Of a DNA stretch of 64,000 nt, positions 9,419 through 20,389 are shown piece by piece. This stretch comes from Vulcanimicrobiota bacterium. Lineage in GTDB: Bacteria; Vulcanimicrobiota; Xenobia; Xenobiales; JADMJV01. Both the position numbers and the translations under genes were made by a program. The first letter of the stretch is position 1. Every line of letters begins with the position of its first letter. The notes under the pieces are model-generated. The model searched no databases. It saw only the letters and a program-made list of their open reading frames with translations, and was not told the DNA's origin. Where the stretch lies: NCBI GenBank assembly GCA_050250895.1, contig JBFWNU010000004.1, forward strand, positions 160,001-224,000. Reading direction: 5' to 3'.

Positions 9419-9469
9419 GGCCCTATTATAACAAGCCAGGGCAAGGCTGACCCTAAGAAGATGTTAACC

Positions 9470-10459
9470 TCAGGCCGGGCGAGGGTTGAGGGCCATGACC
9501 TGGTTGCGCCCGGCCGCTTTGGCCCGATAGAGACAATCGTCGGCGCGCTTGAGCCAATCCTTGAGTTCTTCGCCCTCGCGCAGTTGGGCCACCCCGATAC
9601 TGACCGTGACGCTGCGGTCTTTGACCAGCTTGGCGCTGGCGATGAGTTTGCGCAACGACTCAGCCACACAAAGGCCGGGCTCAAGAGCCGCATTGTCGAG
9701 CAAGACCAGAAACTCTTCGCCCCCGACCCTGAAGATAGTGTCGCTGGCCCGCAACCGGTCTTTGAGGATCTGCGCCACGCCCCGCAACACGTCGTCACCG
9801 ACCGCGTGCCCCCAGTCGTCGTTGATCGCCTTGAAGTGGTCGACATCGATGGCCACCAGGCAAAAGGGGGTGCGCGCCCGCCGGAAATGAGCCCGGGCCT
9901 TACAGAGCAACAGGTCGAGCTGCACCCGATTGAGGACCTTGGTGAGGGGGTCGACCATCGCCTGCTCGCGCAGGCTCGCCTGCTGGATGCTGATCAGGTG
10001 GACGAAGATACCGGAACACAAACTGGTGGCGATCAGCGTCGCCACCAGGCGGGCCACCAGCGAAGCGGGCAGCGTCAGAGCAGCGGCCGGAGCCACCACT
10101 CCGAGAATCAGCAGGTTGACCCGCTTGGCCTGTTGCTGGGGCAAGACGAAGTAGAACATCGTGACGGCCGGATACGACCAGAAGGCCGCGATCACGCCCT
10201 GTTTGAAGAAGGCCATACCCAGAAAGACGCTCACCATCGGCGCCAGCCATCCGATGCTGATAGGAGGTTTTCGTCCCCAGTGCAGCCAGATGGCGTTGCA
10301 GGCCAGGATGACCAGGATCGACAGCGAGGTGGCTGCCAGCAACCAGCGTTGGTGCAGGAAGTTGAAGACGGTGAAGGGCAAGACCACACAGATCGCCATG
10401 CAAGCGATCCAATAGACGATCCGCTCGCGATAGTTTTCTGGGAAATGGTCCGTTTGCAT
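9470..10459 (-). CDS. membrane diguanylate cyclase
   Basis: ~5 TM, DPLT, DVDHFKAINDDWGHAVGD, RVGGEEF. Confidence 0.92.
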   Translation of the reverse strand: MQTDHFPENYRERIVYWIACMAICVVLPFTVFNFLHQRWLLAATSLSILVILACNAIWLHWGRKPPISIGWLAPMVSVFLGMAFFKQGVIAAFWSYPAVTMFYFVLPQQQAKRVNLLILGVVAPAAALTLPASLVARLVATLIATSLCSGIFVHLISIQQASLREQAMVDPLTKVLNRVQLDLLLCKARAHFRRARTPFCLVAIDVDHFKAINDDWGHAVGDDVLRGVAQILKDRLRASDTIFRVGGEEFLVLLDNAALEPGLCVAESLRKLIASAKLVKDRSVTVSIGVAQLREGEELKDWLKRADDCLYRAKAAGRNQVMALNPRPA

Positions 10460-10563
10460 TGCCTTGTATCCTACACAGTAGCCCGACACCTTGCCGGAAT
10501 GTCCTACAAATGTGTAAAAAGTGTATCGACAGGATTGATTTCAAAGGCGGAAAAGGAGCCAGC

Positions 10564-10974
10564 ATGTCTGTGGCCATGTCCGGGACCTATCTCGGCAAAC
10601 TCAAACTAGAATTGCATCACCACCCTTCCGGGACCCGGATCTATTCGGCTGCTCCCGTCGACAACAACGGAGACGGCAGCAGCTTCTCGCCTACCGACCT
10701 GGTAGCCGCCGCCCTGGGCTCTTGCATGTGTACCATCATGGGCATCGTGGCCCAACGCGAAGGTATCTCGCTGGACGGCATGAAGTTCAGCCTGGAAAAG
10801 CACATGCAAAGCGATCCGCGGCGCATCGGTCGCATCCCGCTGAGGATCGAAATGCCGGCCGGGGTCGACCCATCCAAGCGTGGCAAGCTCGAGCAGGCCG
10901 CCCTCACCTGCCCGGTGGCTCGCAGCCTGCTCGAAGCCATCGAGACACCGGTCGAATTCGTTTACCCTGACTGA
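10564..10974 (+). CDS. OsmC-family protein
   Basis: FSPTDLVAAALGSC...CPVARSL; AAGGAG RBS. Confidence 0.9.
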   Translation: MSVAMSGTYLGKLKLELHHHPSGTRIYSAAPVDNNGDGSSFSPTDLVAAALGSCMCTIMGIVAQREGISLDGMKFSLEKHMQSDPRRIGRIPLRIEMPAGVDPSKRGKLEQAALTCPVARSLLEAIETPVEFVYPD

Positions 10975-11009
10975 CCAGGAGCTAGCCCCAGGGCTGCGAA
11001 CTTGGCTCG

Positions 11010-11921
11010 ATGGCCAAAGTGCTGGTGGTCGACGACGTCCCCGACAACATCAAACTGCTCACCTATGAACTGGCCGACCAGGGCCACGATGTGTTCATCG
11101 CCGAGAGTGGGATCAAGGCCCTCGAACTGGCCCGCAGCGAGCGCCCAGACGTGGTCTTGTTGGATATCATGATGCCCGAAATGGACGGGATCGAAGTGCT
11201 CCAGCGCCTGAAGTCCGAGACCGAGACCAAACTCGTCCCGGTCATTCTGGTGTCGGCCAAGGATCTCGACGAGGATGTCATTCGAGGCCTCGACTCGGGA
11301 GCCATGGACTATGTCACCAAGCCGTTCTCGACCCGCATCGTAGCGGCTCGCGTGCGCTCGGCGGTCCGCATCAAGCGGATGAACGACCTGCTGACCGAGA
11401 AGGCCCGGGTGGACGAGTTGACTGGATTGTTCAACCGGGCCCACTTCGACGACTTGATGGAACAGTGTCTCGAGCGAGTCCGCCGTTACGGGGCCGAGTT
11501 GAGTCTGCTGATGCTGCGCCTCGACAACCTGGGCGACCTCAACCACCGCTTCGGTCATGCCGTGGGCGACAAAGTGCTGCGCGAAGTGTCCCAGACGGTG
11601 GAAAAGACGGCTCGCAAAGTGGATGTCGTCTGTCGCATCGAGGGAGCCGAGATCGGGCTGTTGTTGCCGGATCTCGAGCAGACCGCCGCCGAAGGCCTGG
11701 CCGAGCGACTGCGACGGCGGATTTCGGTGCAAACGATCCGGTTCTCTGACGACGCGCTACAAACCACCGCCAGCCTGGGATTGGCCACCACCCAGGCCTG
11801 TCCGGCCGAGTCCGAGGCCTTTGTCGAGGCGGCCACCTTTGCCCTCTACGCCGCCCGCGAGGCGGGAGGTAACCGAGTCTTTCGCTGGAGTGGCGAAGGG
11901 GCCGAAGAGGTCAAGGCTTAA
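11010..11921 (+). CDS. REC-GGDEF response regulator with degenerate active site
   Basis: VVDD/LLDIMMP/KP receiver; GGDEF motif reads EGAEI. Confidence 0.85.
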   Translation: MAKVLVVDDVPDNIKLLTYELADQGHDVFIAESGIKALELARSERPDVVLLDIMMPEMDGIEVLQRLKSETETKLVPVILVSAKDLDEDVIRGLDSGAMDYVTKPFSTRIVAARVRSAVRIKRMNDLLTEKARVDELTGLFNRAHFDDLMEQCLERVRRYGAELSLLMLRLDNLGDLNHRFGHAVGDKVLREVSQTVEKTARKVDVVCRIEGAEIGLLLPDLEQTAAEGLAERLRRRISVQTIRFSDDALQTTASLGLATTQACPAESEAFVEAATFALYAAREAGGNRVFRWSGEGAEEVKA

Positions 11922-14169
11922 ACCAGAGCACGAAGGTCGAGCCCTGGCCGGCGCTCGACTCGAAGGTCACGTCTCCACCCATCAAGCGGCTGTAGTGGCG
12001 GCTGATCGCCAATCCCAGGCCTGTTCCCCCGTAGCGGCGCGAGATGGAATCGTCGGCCTGGGTGAATGGCTGAAAGAGTCGCTCGGCCTGCTCGGGATCG
12101 ATGCCGATGCCGGTGTCCTCGACTTCGACGCGCGGGCCCTCCTGGCCGCGAATCCTGACCGTGACCCGGCCCTGTTCGGTGAATTTGCAGGCATTGGCCA
12201 GCAAGTTGTAAAGAATCTGCCGGACTTTGGTCTGATCGGCTTCAATGGTGAGCGGCTCGAGTTCGAGCACGATCTCGTTGTTGTTCGAATTGGCCATCTC
12301 GCCTACGGCCCGGGTTACGTCCTCGACCAGTGGCGAGAGTTCGAAGGTCTCGAGATGGACCGGCATCTTTCCCGCCTCGACCTTGGATAGATCAAGAATC
12401 TCGTTGATCAGCTCGAGCAGATGACGGGCGTTGCGCTCGATGGTCTGCAAAGAGTCGAGGTCGCGCGGCTTGAGTTGCCCTTCGAGGCGTCGCTCCAGGT
12501 GCTCGGTAAAACCGATGATCGAGTTCATCGGGGTTCGCAACTCATGCGACATATTGGCCAGAAAAGCCGACTTGGCCCGGCTGGTGGCCTCGGCCGCCCG
12601 CTTGGCCTGTTCGAGTTCCTGGGCCCGTTTGCGCTCACTCACATCCCAGGCGTTGACTACCACTCCTTCAAAAATGTCGCCCGGCCGATTGACCACCGTC
12701 TCGACGGCTCGCCAACCTCCCTCGGCGTCGCGCCAGCGCAGCTCCACGGGCGGACTGCGATCCTGGCTGGCCAGCAGTTCGTTCAAGCGGGTCTGGTCGT
12801 CCGGATGGATCAGGTCCTCGAGGAGAGACCCCAGCCGCTGGTTGCTCTCGTGACCCAGCACCCGGTCAAGCGACGGACTGGCGTAACTGATCAGGCCCGC
12901 GTCATCCACCACCAGCACAATGTCGGTGGCGTTCTCGATCAGCGACCGGAAATAGCGTTCGCTGCGATGGAGCGCCTCCTGGGCGCGTCCGAAGGCCCGG
13001 GCCAACTCGCCGAGTTCGTCGCCTCTGCTTGCTTCGGCCAGGCTCGACTCGCCTCGCGCCGCCGAATCGGCCAAAGAGGCGATGGGGCGGGCGATGGAAA
13101 GCCCCAACGCCAGTCCGGCGATGACCGTCAGGCTCACCGCCACCGAACCCACCAGCCACATGTGGCGCCGGGCCCGCTCGAACTCAGAGGTGAAGTCGGC
13201 CCGAGGCACGACCGTAACGATGCGCCAGTTCATGCCGACCCGGCGAAAGGGAGTCACCACCAGCAGTTGTTCCTGGCCGCCGTGCCAGAACTGGCTGCGA
13301 AACTCACGGGTCAGGTCGCGGCCTTCGAGTTGGCGAGCGGCCAGCACCACCCGGGGGTCTTGAGCCTCGTCGGCCGAGATGAGCTCGTCCTTGGAATTGG
13401 TCACCCGTTCGCCGTTGGAAATGGCCAGCACGTGGTGGTCGCTATCCATAAGAAAGGCGATTCCGTGGTCGCCGATCTCGAGCGACTCAAGATAAGTCGA
13501 CAGGTCCTGGAGGGTAACTTCGATATCGATCACGCCCAGCAACTTGCCGGCCCGGTCGGTCACCTGACCGACATAGCCCATCCCCACCGAGGGAGCAGGG
13601 CGATGGCGGCGGACCCAGATGTAAGGGGTGGTCCAGGTCGGATGAGGGCTGGCCAGCGCCTGCTGATACCAGGGACGGGCGGCAATGCTATAGGCATACT
13701 TTTCCGCCTTAGGGGTGTCGAGTTCTCCCTCGGGCGTGAGGGGGGTCATGACCACGTCGCGGGCCCGGCCGTCCGGCTTATAGCCAAAGCCGCGCATCTT
13801 CTCGTCGGGATAGCGCGAGAGCCAGGCGGCCCGGCCATCGACTCCGCCCCAGCTGACCGAGCTGATCCTTTGAAAGACCTGGGTCTGCTGCACCATGGTC
13901 GGCAGCCACGCCTTCAGGTCGCGGGTATCGAGCACCCCCCGATGGACCAGATCGCGGTTGAGAGCCGAGAGCTGCTCGGCCTCGTCCATCAGCAAGCGCA
14001 GCTGGTGCTCGATCTGGCGATGGACCTGGCTGAGCGACTCTTGACTGAGCGACTCCACCGCCTGCTGCCCATAGATGGCCACCACCAGCGACAGAAGCGT
14101 CACCGCCACCAGCACCGGAATAGTCATCAGCACAGGCAGAGAGACGCGTATCGGCAGGCGGGCCAGCAA
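11911..14169 (-). CDS. sensor histidine kinase (Cache-HAMP-PAS-HisKA-HATPase)
   Basis: [30 protein letters not shown]; TTG start at 14169 behind GGAGG. Confidence 0.92.
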   Translation of the reverse strand: MLARLPIRVSLPVLMTIPVLVAVTLLSLVVAIYGQQAVESLSQESLSQVHRQIEHQLRLLMDEAEQLSALNRDLVHRGVLDTRDLKAWLPTMVQQTQVFQRISSVSWGGVDGRAAWLSRYPDEKMRGFGYKPDGRARDVVMTPLTPEGELDTPKAEKYAYSIAARPWYQQALASPHPTWTTPYIWVRRHRPAPSVGMGYVGQVTDRAGKLLGVIDIEVTLQDLSTYLESLEIGDHGIAFLMDSDHHVLAISNGERVTNSKDELISADEAQDPRVVLAARQLEGRDLTREFRSQFWHGGQEQLLVVTPFRRVGMNWRIVTVVPRADFTSEFERARRHMWLVGSVAVSLTVIAGLALGLSIARPIASLADSAARGESSLAEASRGDELGELARAFGRAQEALHRSERYFRSLIENATDIVLVVDDAGLISYASPSLDRVLGHESNQRLGSLLEDLIHPDDQTRLNELLASQDRSPPVELRWRDAEGGWRAVETVVNRPGDIFEGVVVNAWDVSERKRAQELEQAKRAAEATSRAKSAFLANMSHELRTPMNSIIGFTEHLERRLEGQLKPRDLDSLQTIERNARHLLELINEILDLSKVEAGKMPVHLETFELSPLVEDVTRAVGEMANSNNNEIVLELEPLTIEADQTKVRQILYNLLANACKFTEQGRVTVRIRGQEGPRVEVEDTGIGIDPEQAERLFQPFTQADDSISRRYGGTGLGLAISRHYSRLMGGDVTFESSAGQGSTFVLWFKP

Positions 14170-14291
14170 GGCCCTCCCTTTCAACGAACAAGGCCCGAGT
14201 CCCCTCAGCGGCGCGGCGCGCAGCGCCGATAGGGAATGGTGAGAACGCCGATGGAGGAGCACAGGCCGGGGCCAGGAACAGCAGTCCTCCG

Positions 14292-15131
14292 ATGAGGTTT
14301 TCTCTTGCCCAGGGGTCCAAAATCGGCATCTTCAGTCCGGCCGGCCAGCCTGACGAGGTGCGCCTGGCTCGCTCCATGGCTCTGATCGAGGAGTGGGGCT
14401 ATGAGCCGGTTCGCTATCCCGGGCCGATGAACGCCCGCGGCTACCTGGCCGGAACCGACCGCGAGCGTCTGGACGCGACCATCTGGGCCCTCTCCAATCC
14501 CGACCTGGCGGCAGCCTGGCTCACGCGGGGCGGCTACGGCATCACCCGCCTACTCCCCGATTTGCCTTTCGACCACCTGAAGCCCCGACCGGTGCTCGGA
14601 TTCTCAGATGCCACCGCTCTGCTTTATCCCCTCTACCGACGCGGCTGGCAGCAACTGGTCCACGGCCCGGTCCTGCATAGCTTGATCGACCACGCCGAAG
14701 CCGAGGTGATGCGCGCCTTTCTAGACGGCCACCTACCCTCTTTCGGCGGAGAGTTGGTCAAACCGGGCCGGGCCTCAGGGCCGTTGGTGGGAGGCAACCT
14801 GTGTGTGCTCAACAGTTTGACCGGGACCCCCGAGCAGTTCGACGGCCAGGGGGTCATCCTGCTGCTGGAGGACATCACCGAAGAGCCCTACCGCCTCGAC
14901 CGCTACCTCACCCAAATGCGGCACGCCGGGCGTCTGGATGGAGTGGTAGGAATCGCCCTGGGCGAGTTCTCGGAGTGCGGCGCCAATCCGGTCGACACGG
15001 TCCTGGCCTGCCTCGACTGGCTGGACGTGCCCACCCTCACCGATGTGGCCGTGGGGCACGGCAAGCTCAACCGACCGTTTGTCTATGGCTCGCGGGCTCG
15101 CATCGACAGCGACGGGCTGCACATAGAATAA
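14292..15131 (+). CDS. ldcA: LD-carboxypeptidase (peptidase S66)
   Basis: RGGYG, GFSD, HGP, GGNL, LED, GH motifs. Confidence 0.9.
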   Translation: MRFSLAQGSKIGIFSPAGQPDEVRLARSMALIEEWGYEPVRYPGPMNARGYLAGTDRERLDATIWALSNPDLAAAWLTRGGYGITRLLPDLPFDHLKPRPVLGFSDATALLYPLYRRGWQQLVHGPVLHSLIDHAEAEVMRAFLDGHLPSFGGELVKPGRASGPLVGGNLCVLNSLTGTPEQFDGQGVILLLEDITEEPYRLDRYLTQMRHAGRLDGVVGIALGEFSECGANPVDTVLACLDWLDVPTLTDVAVGHGKLNRPFVYGSRARIDSDGLHIE

Positions 15132-15167
15132 TGGCCCGCGGTATCCGCGAGCCATCATGAGGTCCGT

Positions 15168-15326
15168 ATGGTCATCTATGAACCCGGCCGAAGTCCACGC
15201 CAATTTCCTTCGACCGGTAGACGCGAGCCTGATGATGCAGGAGGGTCAGCGCTCGCGTCGCCTTATGTGCCCCTAGAATACCCCGCCGGGACTGTCCTGG
15301 TGCTGGAAGCCGGCCCGCCTCTTTAG
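15168..15326 (+). CDS. small Pro-rich ORF (52 aa)
   Basis: GAGGT RBS; MVIYEPGRSPRQFPSTGRREPDDAGGSALASPYVPLEYPAGTVLVLEAGPPL fills the gap between ldcA and the ATP-grasp gene. Confidence 0.4.
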   Translation: MVIYEPGRSPRQFPSTGRREPDDAGGSALASPYVPLEYPAGTVLVLEAGPPL

Positions 15327-15350
15327 CAAACTGTTGCCGAACTGTAAACA

Positions 15351-16727
15351 GTGAAGGCGGCCGGCAATCCGGCGCGAACTGACCGGCCTATGATCGTGTG
15401 CGACCCCGCTACGCGGCCCGCGGTGGAGAGTTTTCGAGCCCTGCTCGAGGCCGACCCCACCGGCACCCGCCAACAACATATGGCCATCCGCGAGCAACTG
15501 GTGGCCTGCAACCTGCTCTTTGGCGACGCTCCTTTGCCGTTGTGCTTTGCCCCGGCCTTCATCACCCGCCAGCGACTCGAGCCTTTACGCCGCCAGGTGG
15601 TCAAACTGATGAACATCCTCTTCAAGCTCGAGGACTCCCTGCGCGACCCTTACTGGCTGGGCTTGCTAAACATCGACCCCAGCGAGCAAGAGCTGATTCG
15701 CTTACCCAGCCGCATTCCGGCCGGCCGGGCCATCTCGCGGGTCGACGGTTTTCTCAGCGCCGCCCAGCCCGGCGACCTCGGCTACCGGCTGGTCGAACTC
15801 AACGTCGACAGCCCGGGAGGAGGCGCCTTTATGGATGTGTGTGCCCGCCTGCTGCGCAAGACGCCGGCCTGGCGCGACTTCTGCCGCCGTCACCCAGGCC
15901 GCTACCTGGCCACCGACCAGCGCGTCCTGCCGCTCCTGCTGCAATGCTGGAAAGACTGGGGCGGACAGGGTAAACCGCGCATCGCCATCGTCGACTGGAT
16001 CACCGTCAACACGGTCGAAGAGTTCGAGGTCTTGCGCCGGCGTTTCTTGGCCTCGGGCATCGAAACCATCATCGCCGACCCCCGCGAACTGGAGTACCGA
16101 CAGGGTCGCCTGCGGTGCTATGACGGCAAACCGATCGATCTGGTCTATCGTCGAGTGCTGGTCGAAGACTTGCTGGCCAATCGTGACGAGGCCCGTCCGC
16201 TGCTGGCGGCCTGCCGCGACCAGGCGGTCTGTGTGGTCAACCCCTTTTCTTGCAAGCCGTTGACGGTCAAATCGCTACTGGCCCTGTTTTTCTTGCCCGA
16301 GGCCGAAAGGCTGTTGACTCGCTCCGAACTGGCTTTCCTTCACAGCATCGTCCCCTGGACGGCCATGGCCAGCGAAGCCATCGTGCCCCAGTTGCGAGCC
16401 GAGCGAGAGTCCCTCGTGCTCAAGCCCGCTGACGGCTGGGGGGCTCAAGGCATATACCTCGGCTGGACCCTCGACGAATCGGCCTGGGACGAGGCGCTCG
16501 CCATCGCCGTCCGCGACGGCTATGTGGCCCAACGCCGCGTGCCCATCCCCCAGGAACCGTTTCCCGTTCCCGCGGGTGATGGCTGGGATTTCGTCCCCTT
16601 CCGGGTTGACTTCGACCCCTACATGTTCGGCCGCGGGATGGCCGACCCGCTGGTGCGCATGGCCAATAGCGACGTGCTCAACGTCAAAGCCGGCGCCCAG
16701 ATTGCCGTGACCTGGGTGCTCGACTAG
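15351..16727 (+). CDS. circularly permuted ATP-grasp (glutathionylspermidine synthase-like) ligase
   Basis: SRVDGF, VELNVDSPGG, IDLVYRR, LVLKPADGWGAQGI, YVAQ, LNV..G. Confidence 0.8.
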   Translation: MKAAGNPARTDRPMIVCDPATRPAVESFRALLEADPTGTRQQHMAIREQLVACNLLFGDAPLPLCFAPAFITRQRLEPLRRQVVKLMNILFKLEDSLRDPYWLGLLNIDPSEQELIRLPSRIPAGRAISRVDGFLSAAQPGDLGYRLVELNVDSPGGGAFMDVCARLLRKTPAWRDFCRRHPGRYLATDQRVLPLLLQCWKDWGGQGKPRIAIVDWITVNTVEEFEVLRRRFLASGIETIIADPRELEYRQGRLRCYDGKPIDLVYRRVLVEDLLANRDEARPLLAACRDQAVCVVNPFSCKPLTVKSLLALFFLPEAERLLTRSELAFLHSIVPWTAMASEAIVPQLRAERESLVLKPADGWGAQGIYLGWTLDESAWDEALAIAVRDGYVAQRRVPIPQEPFPVPAGDGWDFVPFRVDFDPYMFGRGMADPLVRMANSDVLNVKAGAQIAVTWVLD

Positions 16728-16838
16728 CCTGGTCCGGGCGAAGGCCGCTCCCCCTCGGGTAGCAGGCCCCGAGAAGGAGTTTGGTCAGCCACTGCGGAAG
16801 TCTAGTCACTTGAATTTTGTTCTCCTTCAGGAGGGACG

Positions 16839-17144
16839 ATGAAAAGACTTAACACGCTTCTCGCGATGCTCGTTTGCCTGGCCGTGTTCACGGCCCCGGC
16901 TTCGGCCTGGCTGTTCGGGCCACCTACCGAGACCTTCGAGGGAGTGATCAATTATATCCAGCCCACCAACTTCACCATGCTGGCTTCCGGCAACCAGCTA
17001 ATCCGGGTGATGGTACCGGCCGACAAAAAGGTGCCGACCGAGGTCCAGATCGGGGTGAAGGTCAAGGTCGTGGCCATCCAGGGCGAAAACAAGCTGTGGT
17101 ATCTCGACCACTTCGAGGCGATCTCGCTGCAGCCGACGCCCTAG
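16839..17144 (+). CDS. small secreted OB-fold-like protein
   Basis: AGGAGG RBS; signal peptide ending ASA. Confidence 0.75.
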   Translation: MKRLNTLLAMLVCLAVFTAPASAWLFGPPTETFEGVINYIQPTNFTMLASGNQLIRVMVPADKKVPTEVQIGVKVKVVAIQGENKLWYLDHFEAISLQPTP

Positions 17145-17160
17145 AGCAGCCCGGGGCGAT

Positions 17161-17190
17161 AGAGCGCGCGGTCAATGGCCGCGCGCTTTT
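17161..17190 (+). terminator. intrinsic terminator
   Basis: AGCGCGCGGTCA-A-TGGCCGCGCGCT followed by TTT. Confidence 0.7.
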
Positions 17191-17261
17191 CATTTGCAGA
17201 CAGGCCAGGCAGGAAATTGCTCGATCCCAGCTAAAGGGCCCAGGGAATTAGCGAGGTTTCT

Positions 17262-18200
17262 ATGTTTTTTCGACATTTATCCACTCTTGTGTTGAGCCTG
17301 TGGTTGCTGGCTCCGGCCCTGGCCGCCCCCGCCGAAGTCAAAGTGGTGGAAAAGGGCGACCGTATCGATGTGGTCGTGACCACCGCAGGCAAGACCGCGG
17401 GCAAGACTCGCGAGGTGGACTCTGAGCGATTCCTCGAACTGGCCCTGCCGAACACTTCGGTGGGCAAGAAGACCATCGCCGTCGACAAAGGGCTGGTCAG
17501 CCAGGTCACCACCGAGCAGAACGGCTCGACGGCCCTGGTACGAGTGCACTTCTTGTCCAAACCCAAGGCCAGCTTCAAGAGCGCTGGCAACGAGCACATC
17601 TATTCGGTGTCGACGGTGAGGATGGCCTCCTCTCAGGCACGCCCCACCGCCCCGGTGGCGGCCAACCCCCGAGCCCCGGTTGCGCCGGTTCAGCCGGTCA
17701 AACCCGTGACTCCCACTCCGAGGCCGGCCCCGGCCCCGGCCCCGGCCAAGCCATCTGGCAAGAGTGTCTCGCTCACTCTCAACAATGTGGCTATCCGCGA
17801 GGCGATCACGGCCATGGCCACACAGACCGGTCTCAAAGCCGAGATCCCCGACAGTCTGACCGGCTCCACCTCGGTGTCGCTCACCGACATTCCTCTCGAG
17901 ATCGCTCTCGACACGGTGTTGGGTGGTAAGCTGGGAGAGTATCGCTATGAGATCACTCCCAGCACGCTGCGAATTCTGGCTTCGGGAGGGGTCACCGTTC
18001 ACCCCACCGCCGGCGGCGTGGCTTACGAGTACTACCCATTCCGTGACAAAAGCGCTCGGGATATGATGGAAGCGGTCAAGCTGGCTATCCCCAACTTGAC
18101 CTACCAGGTCGACGACCGCCTGAACATCCTGCTAGCCCAGGGCGACCCGGCCGATCTCGACCGCCTCACGAAGCTGCTGCAGTCGATGTCGCAGAAGTAG
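17262..18200 (+). CDS. AMIN + STN/secretin N-terminal domain protein lacking the secretin barrel
   Basis: Signal peptide, AMIN-like region, Pro linker, VSLTLNNVAIREAI, DDRLNILLAQG then stop. Confidence 0.65.
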   Translation: MFFRHLSTLVLSLWLLAPALAAPAEVKVVEKGDRIDVVVTTAGKTAGKTREVDSERFLELALPNTSVGKKTIAVDKGLVSQVTTEQNGSTALVRVHFLSKPKASFKSAGNEHIYSVSTVRMASSQARPTAPVAANPRAPVAPVQPVKPVTPTPRPAPAPAPAKPSGKSVSLTLNNVAIREAITAMATQTGLKAEIPDSLTGSTSVSLTDIPLEIALDTVLGGKLGEYRYEITPSTLRILASGGVTVHPTAGGVAYEYYPFRDKSARDMMEAVKLAIPNLTYQVDDRLNILLAQGDPADLDRLTKLLQSMSQK

Positions 18201-18281
18201 TCTCGCCCCTCTCGAAATGGGAGGACTCCCACGAAACTTGAACGAACGCTGGGATAACATTCCCCCCCGAGGAGCACGTAT

Positions 18282-20261
18282 TTGAAGGCTAAGGTGGAAA
18301 AGTCGCTCAAAGAGCTCAAGGCCCTCGTCAAGGAAAACCCCGACGATCCCGAGAGCTGCTATGAACTTGGTGTGGCCTATGCCCGCCAGGGCGACATGGG
18401 CCTGGCCTGCCGACATTGGCGCAAGGTCCTCGAGCTCGACTCCACCCACACAGCGGCCCGTTATTTTCTGGGGATGGCTTATCTGAGCCAGGGCAAACTG
18501 CAGCAAGCGGTAGCTCAGTATCGCTCGGCGCTCGAACTCAACCCGGATGACCATTACGCCTACAACAACCTCGGCCTGGTCCTGGCTCGTCAAGACCAGT
18601 TCGACGAAGCGATCGATTGTTGGCACCGGGCCCTGAAGATCAAGCCCGACTACGGTCAGGCTCACTACAATCTGGGGCTGGTCTATTCGCGACTGAATCG
18701 GCTCGACGAAGCCATCAGCGAATATCGCGAAGCGCTCGAAATCAATCCGCAAGATGTCTATGCGCGCAACAACCTCGGTCAACTCTACGCCCGCCGCAAC
18801 GAACTCGATCTGGCCGAGAAAGAGTTTTCTCGAGCCATCGAGATTGATGGCGAAGACCTCTATGCCCACAACAACCTGGGTAAACTTTACGACCGTACCG
18901 GACGCATCGACGACGCCCAGCGCGAATTCGAGAAGGCGCTCGAGATCGACTCCGATGATGCCTACGCCCGCAACAACCTGGGGCGAATCCTGGCGAAACA
19001 GGGTGAGTATGAAGAGGCCGTGGCCCAGTTCCACAAAGTGCTCGAGACCTCTCCCGACGACGCCGTCGCCTACCACAATCTGGGTCGTATCCGAGCCCAA
19101 CTCAACCAGTGGGAAGAGGCTGTCGAGGCCTATCAAAAGGCCCTCGAACTAGCTCCCGAAGACACCTATGCCCGCAACAACCTGGGGCGGGCCATGCTCA
19201 GTCTCGGTCGGGTCGAAGAGGCCGAAAAAGAGTTCAATTTCTCGCTGTCGCTAAACGACCGCGATGGCTATGCCCTCAATAACCTGGGTCTGTGCCTGCT
19301 GCGCCAGGGTCGGGTCGAAGAGGCCATCGAGGTGCTCCAGCGGGCTCTCAATCTCGACGAAGGTGACCTGCTCGCTTACAACAACCTGGGCTTCTCGCTT
19401 TCGAGCCTGGGCCGCTACAGCGAGGCCATCACCCAGTTCGAGAACGCCCTGCGAATCGAGCCCAGCGATACCTACGCCCTCACCAATCTCGGACTGGCCT
19501 ACGCCCGCCTGAGCCGAATCGAGGACGCCGTTCGCAACTATCGGGCCGCTCTCGAAATCGACCCCGGCGACATCTATGCCCACAACAATCTTGGTCTGGC
19601 CTACCTCAGCGAAGAGAACTGGGATTCGGCTCTCGAGGCGTTCAGCCAGGCCCTCGAGGTCGACCCCAACGACCCCTACACCTATAACAACCGCGGTCTT
19701 GCCTACACTTCGATGGGCCGACTCGACGATGCGGCCAATGATTTCACCCGGGCGTTAGAGTTCGACCCCAGCGACATCTACGCACACAATAACCTGGGCA
19801 TCGTATTTGCTCGCCAGAGCAAACTCGACGAAGCCATTGGCAAGTGGCGCGATGCGTTGGCCCTTAATCCTCGCTACGCCGAGGCCCATTTCAACCTGGG
19901 ATTGGCCTATTTCGAAAAGCAAGATTTCCGCGAGGCCGTGGTCGAGTTCGAAGAGGCCCTGGCCATTGATCCGGCGCTCTTGCCCGCTCGTGGCAACCTG
20001 GCTCTGGCTTACGCTCGGCTGGGCAACGAGAAGATGGCCAAGGTCCAGTTACGAGTCGCTCGCGAGTCGGCCGAAGGCACCCATCAAGACGATTATTTAG
20101 AGAAACTCGGCGAAGATGTCGAGCAGGCCCTGGCCAAGCCGGTGTCCGAAGAGTCGGCATCCGAAGAAGAAGACGATGCCAAGCGCGCGGCTCCGCTCAA
20201 GAAGCTCAAAAAGACCAAGAAGACTAAGAAGCCGAAAGCTCGCAAGGGTCGCAAGAAATAG
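18282..20261 (+). CDS. long TPR-repeat protein with Lys-rich tail
   Basis: Roughly 16 34-aa repeats A-x-x-N-L-G...EA...F..AL...P. Confidence 0.9.
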   Translation: MKAKVEKSLKELKALVKENPDDPESCYELGVAYARQGDMGLACRHWRKVLELDSTHTAARYFLGMAYLSQGKLQQAVAQYRSALELNPDDHYAYNNLGLVLARQDQFDEAIDCWHRALKIKPDYGQAHYNLGLVYSRLNRLDEAISEYREALEINPQDVYARNNLGQLYARRNELDLAEKEFSRAIEIDGEDLYAHNNLGKLYDRTGRIDDAQREFEKALEIDSDDAYARNNLGRILAKQGEYEEAVAQFHKVLETSPDDAVAYHNLGRIRAQLNQWEEAVEAYQKALELAPEDTYARNNLGRAMLSLGRVEEAEKEFNFSLSLNDRDGYALNNLGLCLLRQGRVEEAIEVLQRALNLDEGDLLAYNNLGFSLSSLGRYSEAITQFENALRIEPSDTYALTNLGLAYARLSRIEDAVRNYRAALEIDPGDIYAHNNLGLAYLSEENWDSALEAFSQALEVDPNDPYTYNNRGLAYTSMGRLDDAANDFTRALEFDPSDIYAHNNLGIVFARQSKLDEAIGKWRDALALNPRYAEAHFNLGLAYFEKQDFREAVVEFEEALAIDPALLPARGNLALAYARLGNEKMAKVQLRVARESAEGTHQDDYLEKLGEDVEQALAKPVSEESASEEEDDAKRAAPLKKLKKTKKTKKPKARKGRKK

Positions 20262-20389
20262 TCGACCCGACCGTCGAAACCCGAGCGGATTGTCCGGGTT
20301 GAACCCTCCCGAAGCCCCTTCTCGAGGTTTGGTGTTCGGCACCGCCTGGGTAACTCATCATGAGCGGGAGCGGGGCCCGCCGCGGTGAC

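Noticed and set aside
18282-20261. Recurring AACAACCTGGG DNA repeats about every 102 bp
   Set aside because: Explained by the NNLG codons of TPR repeats
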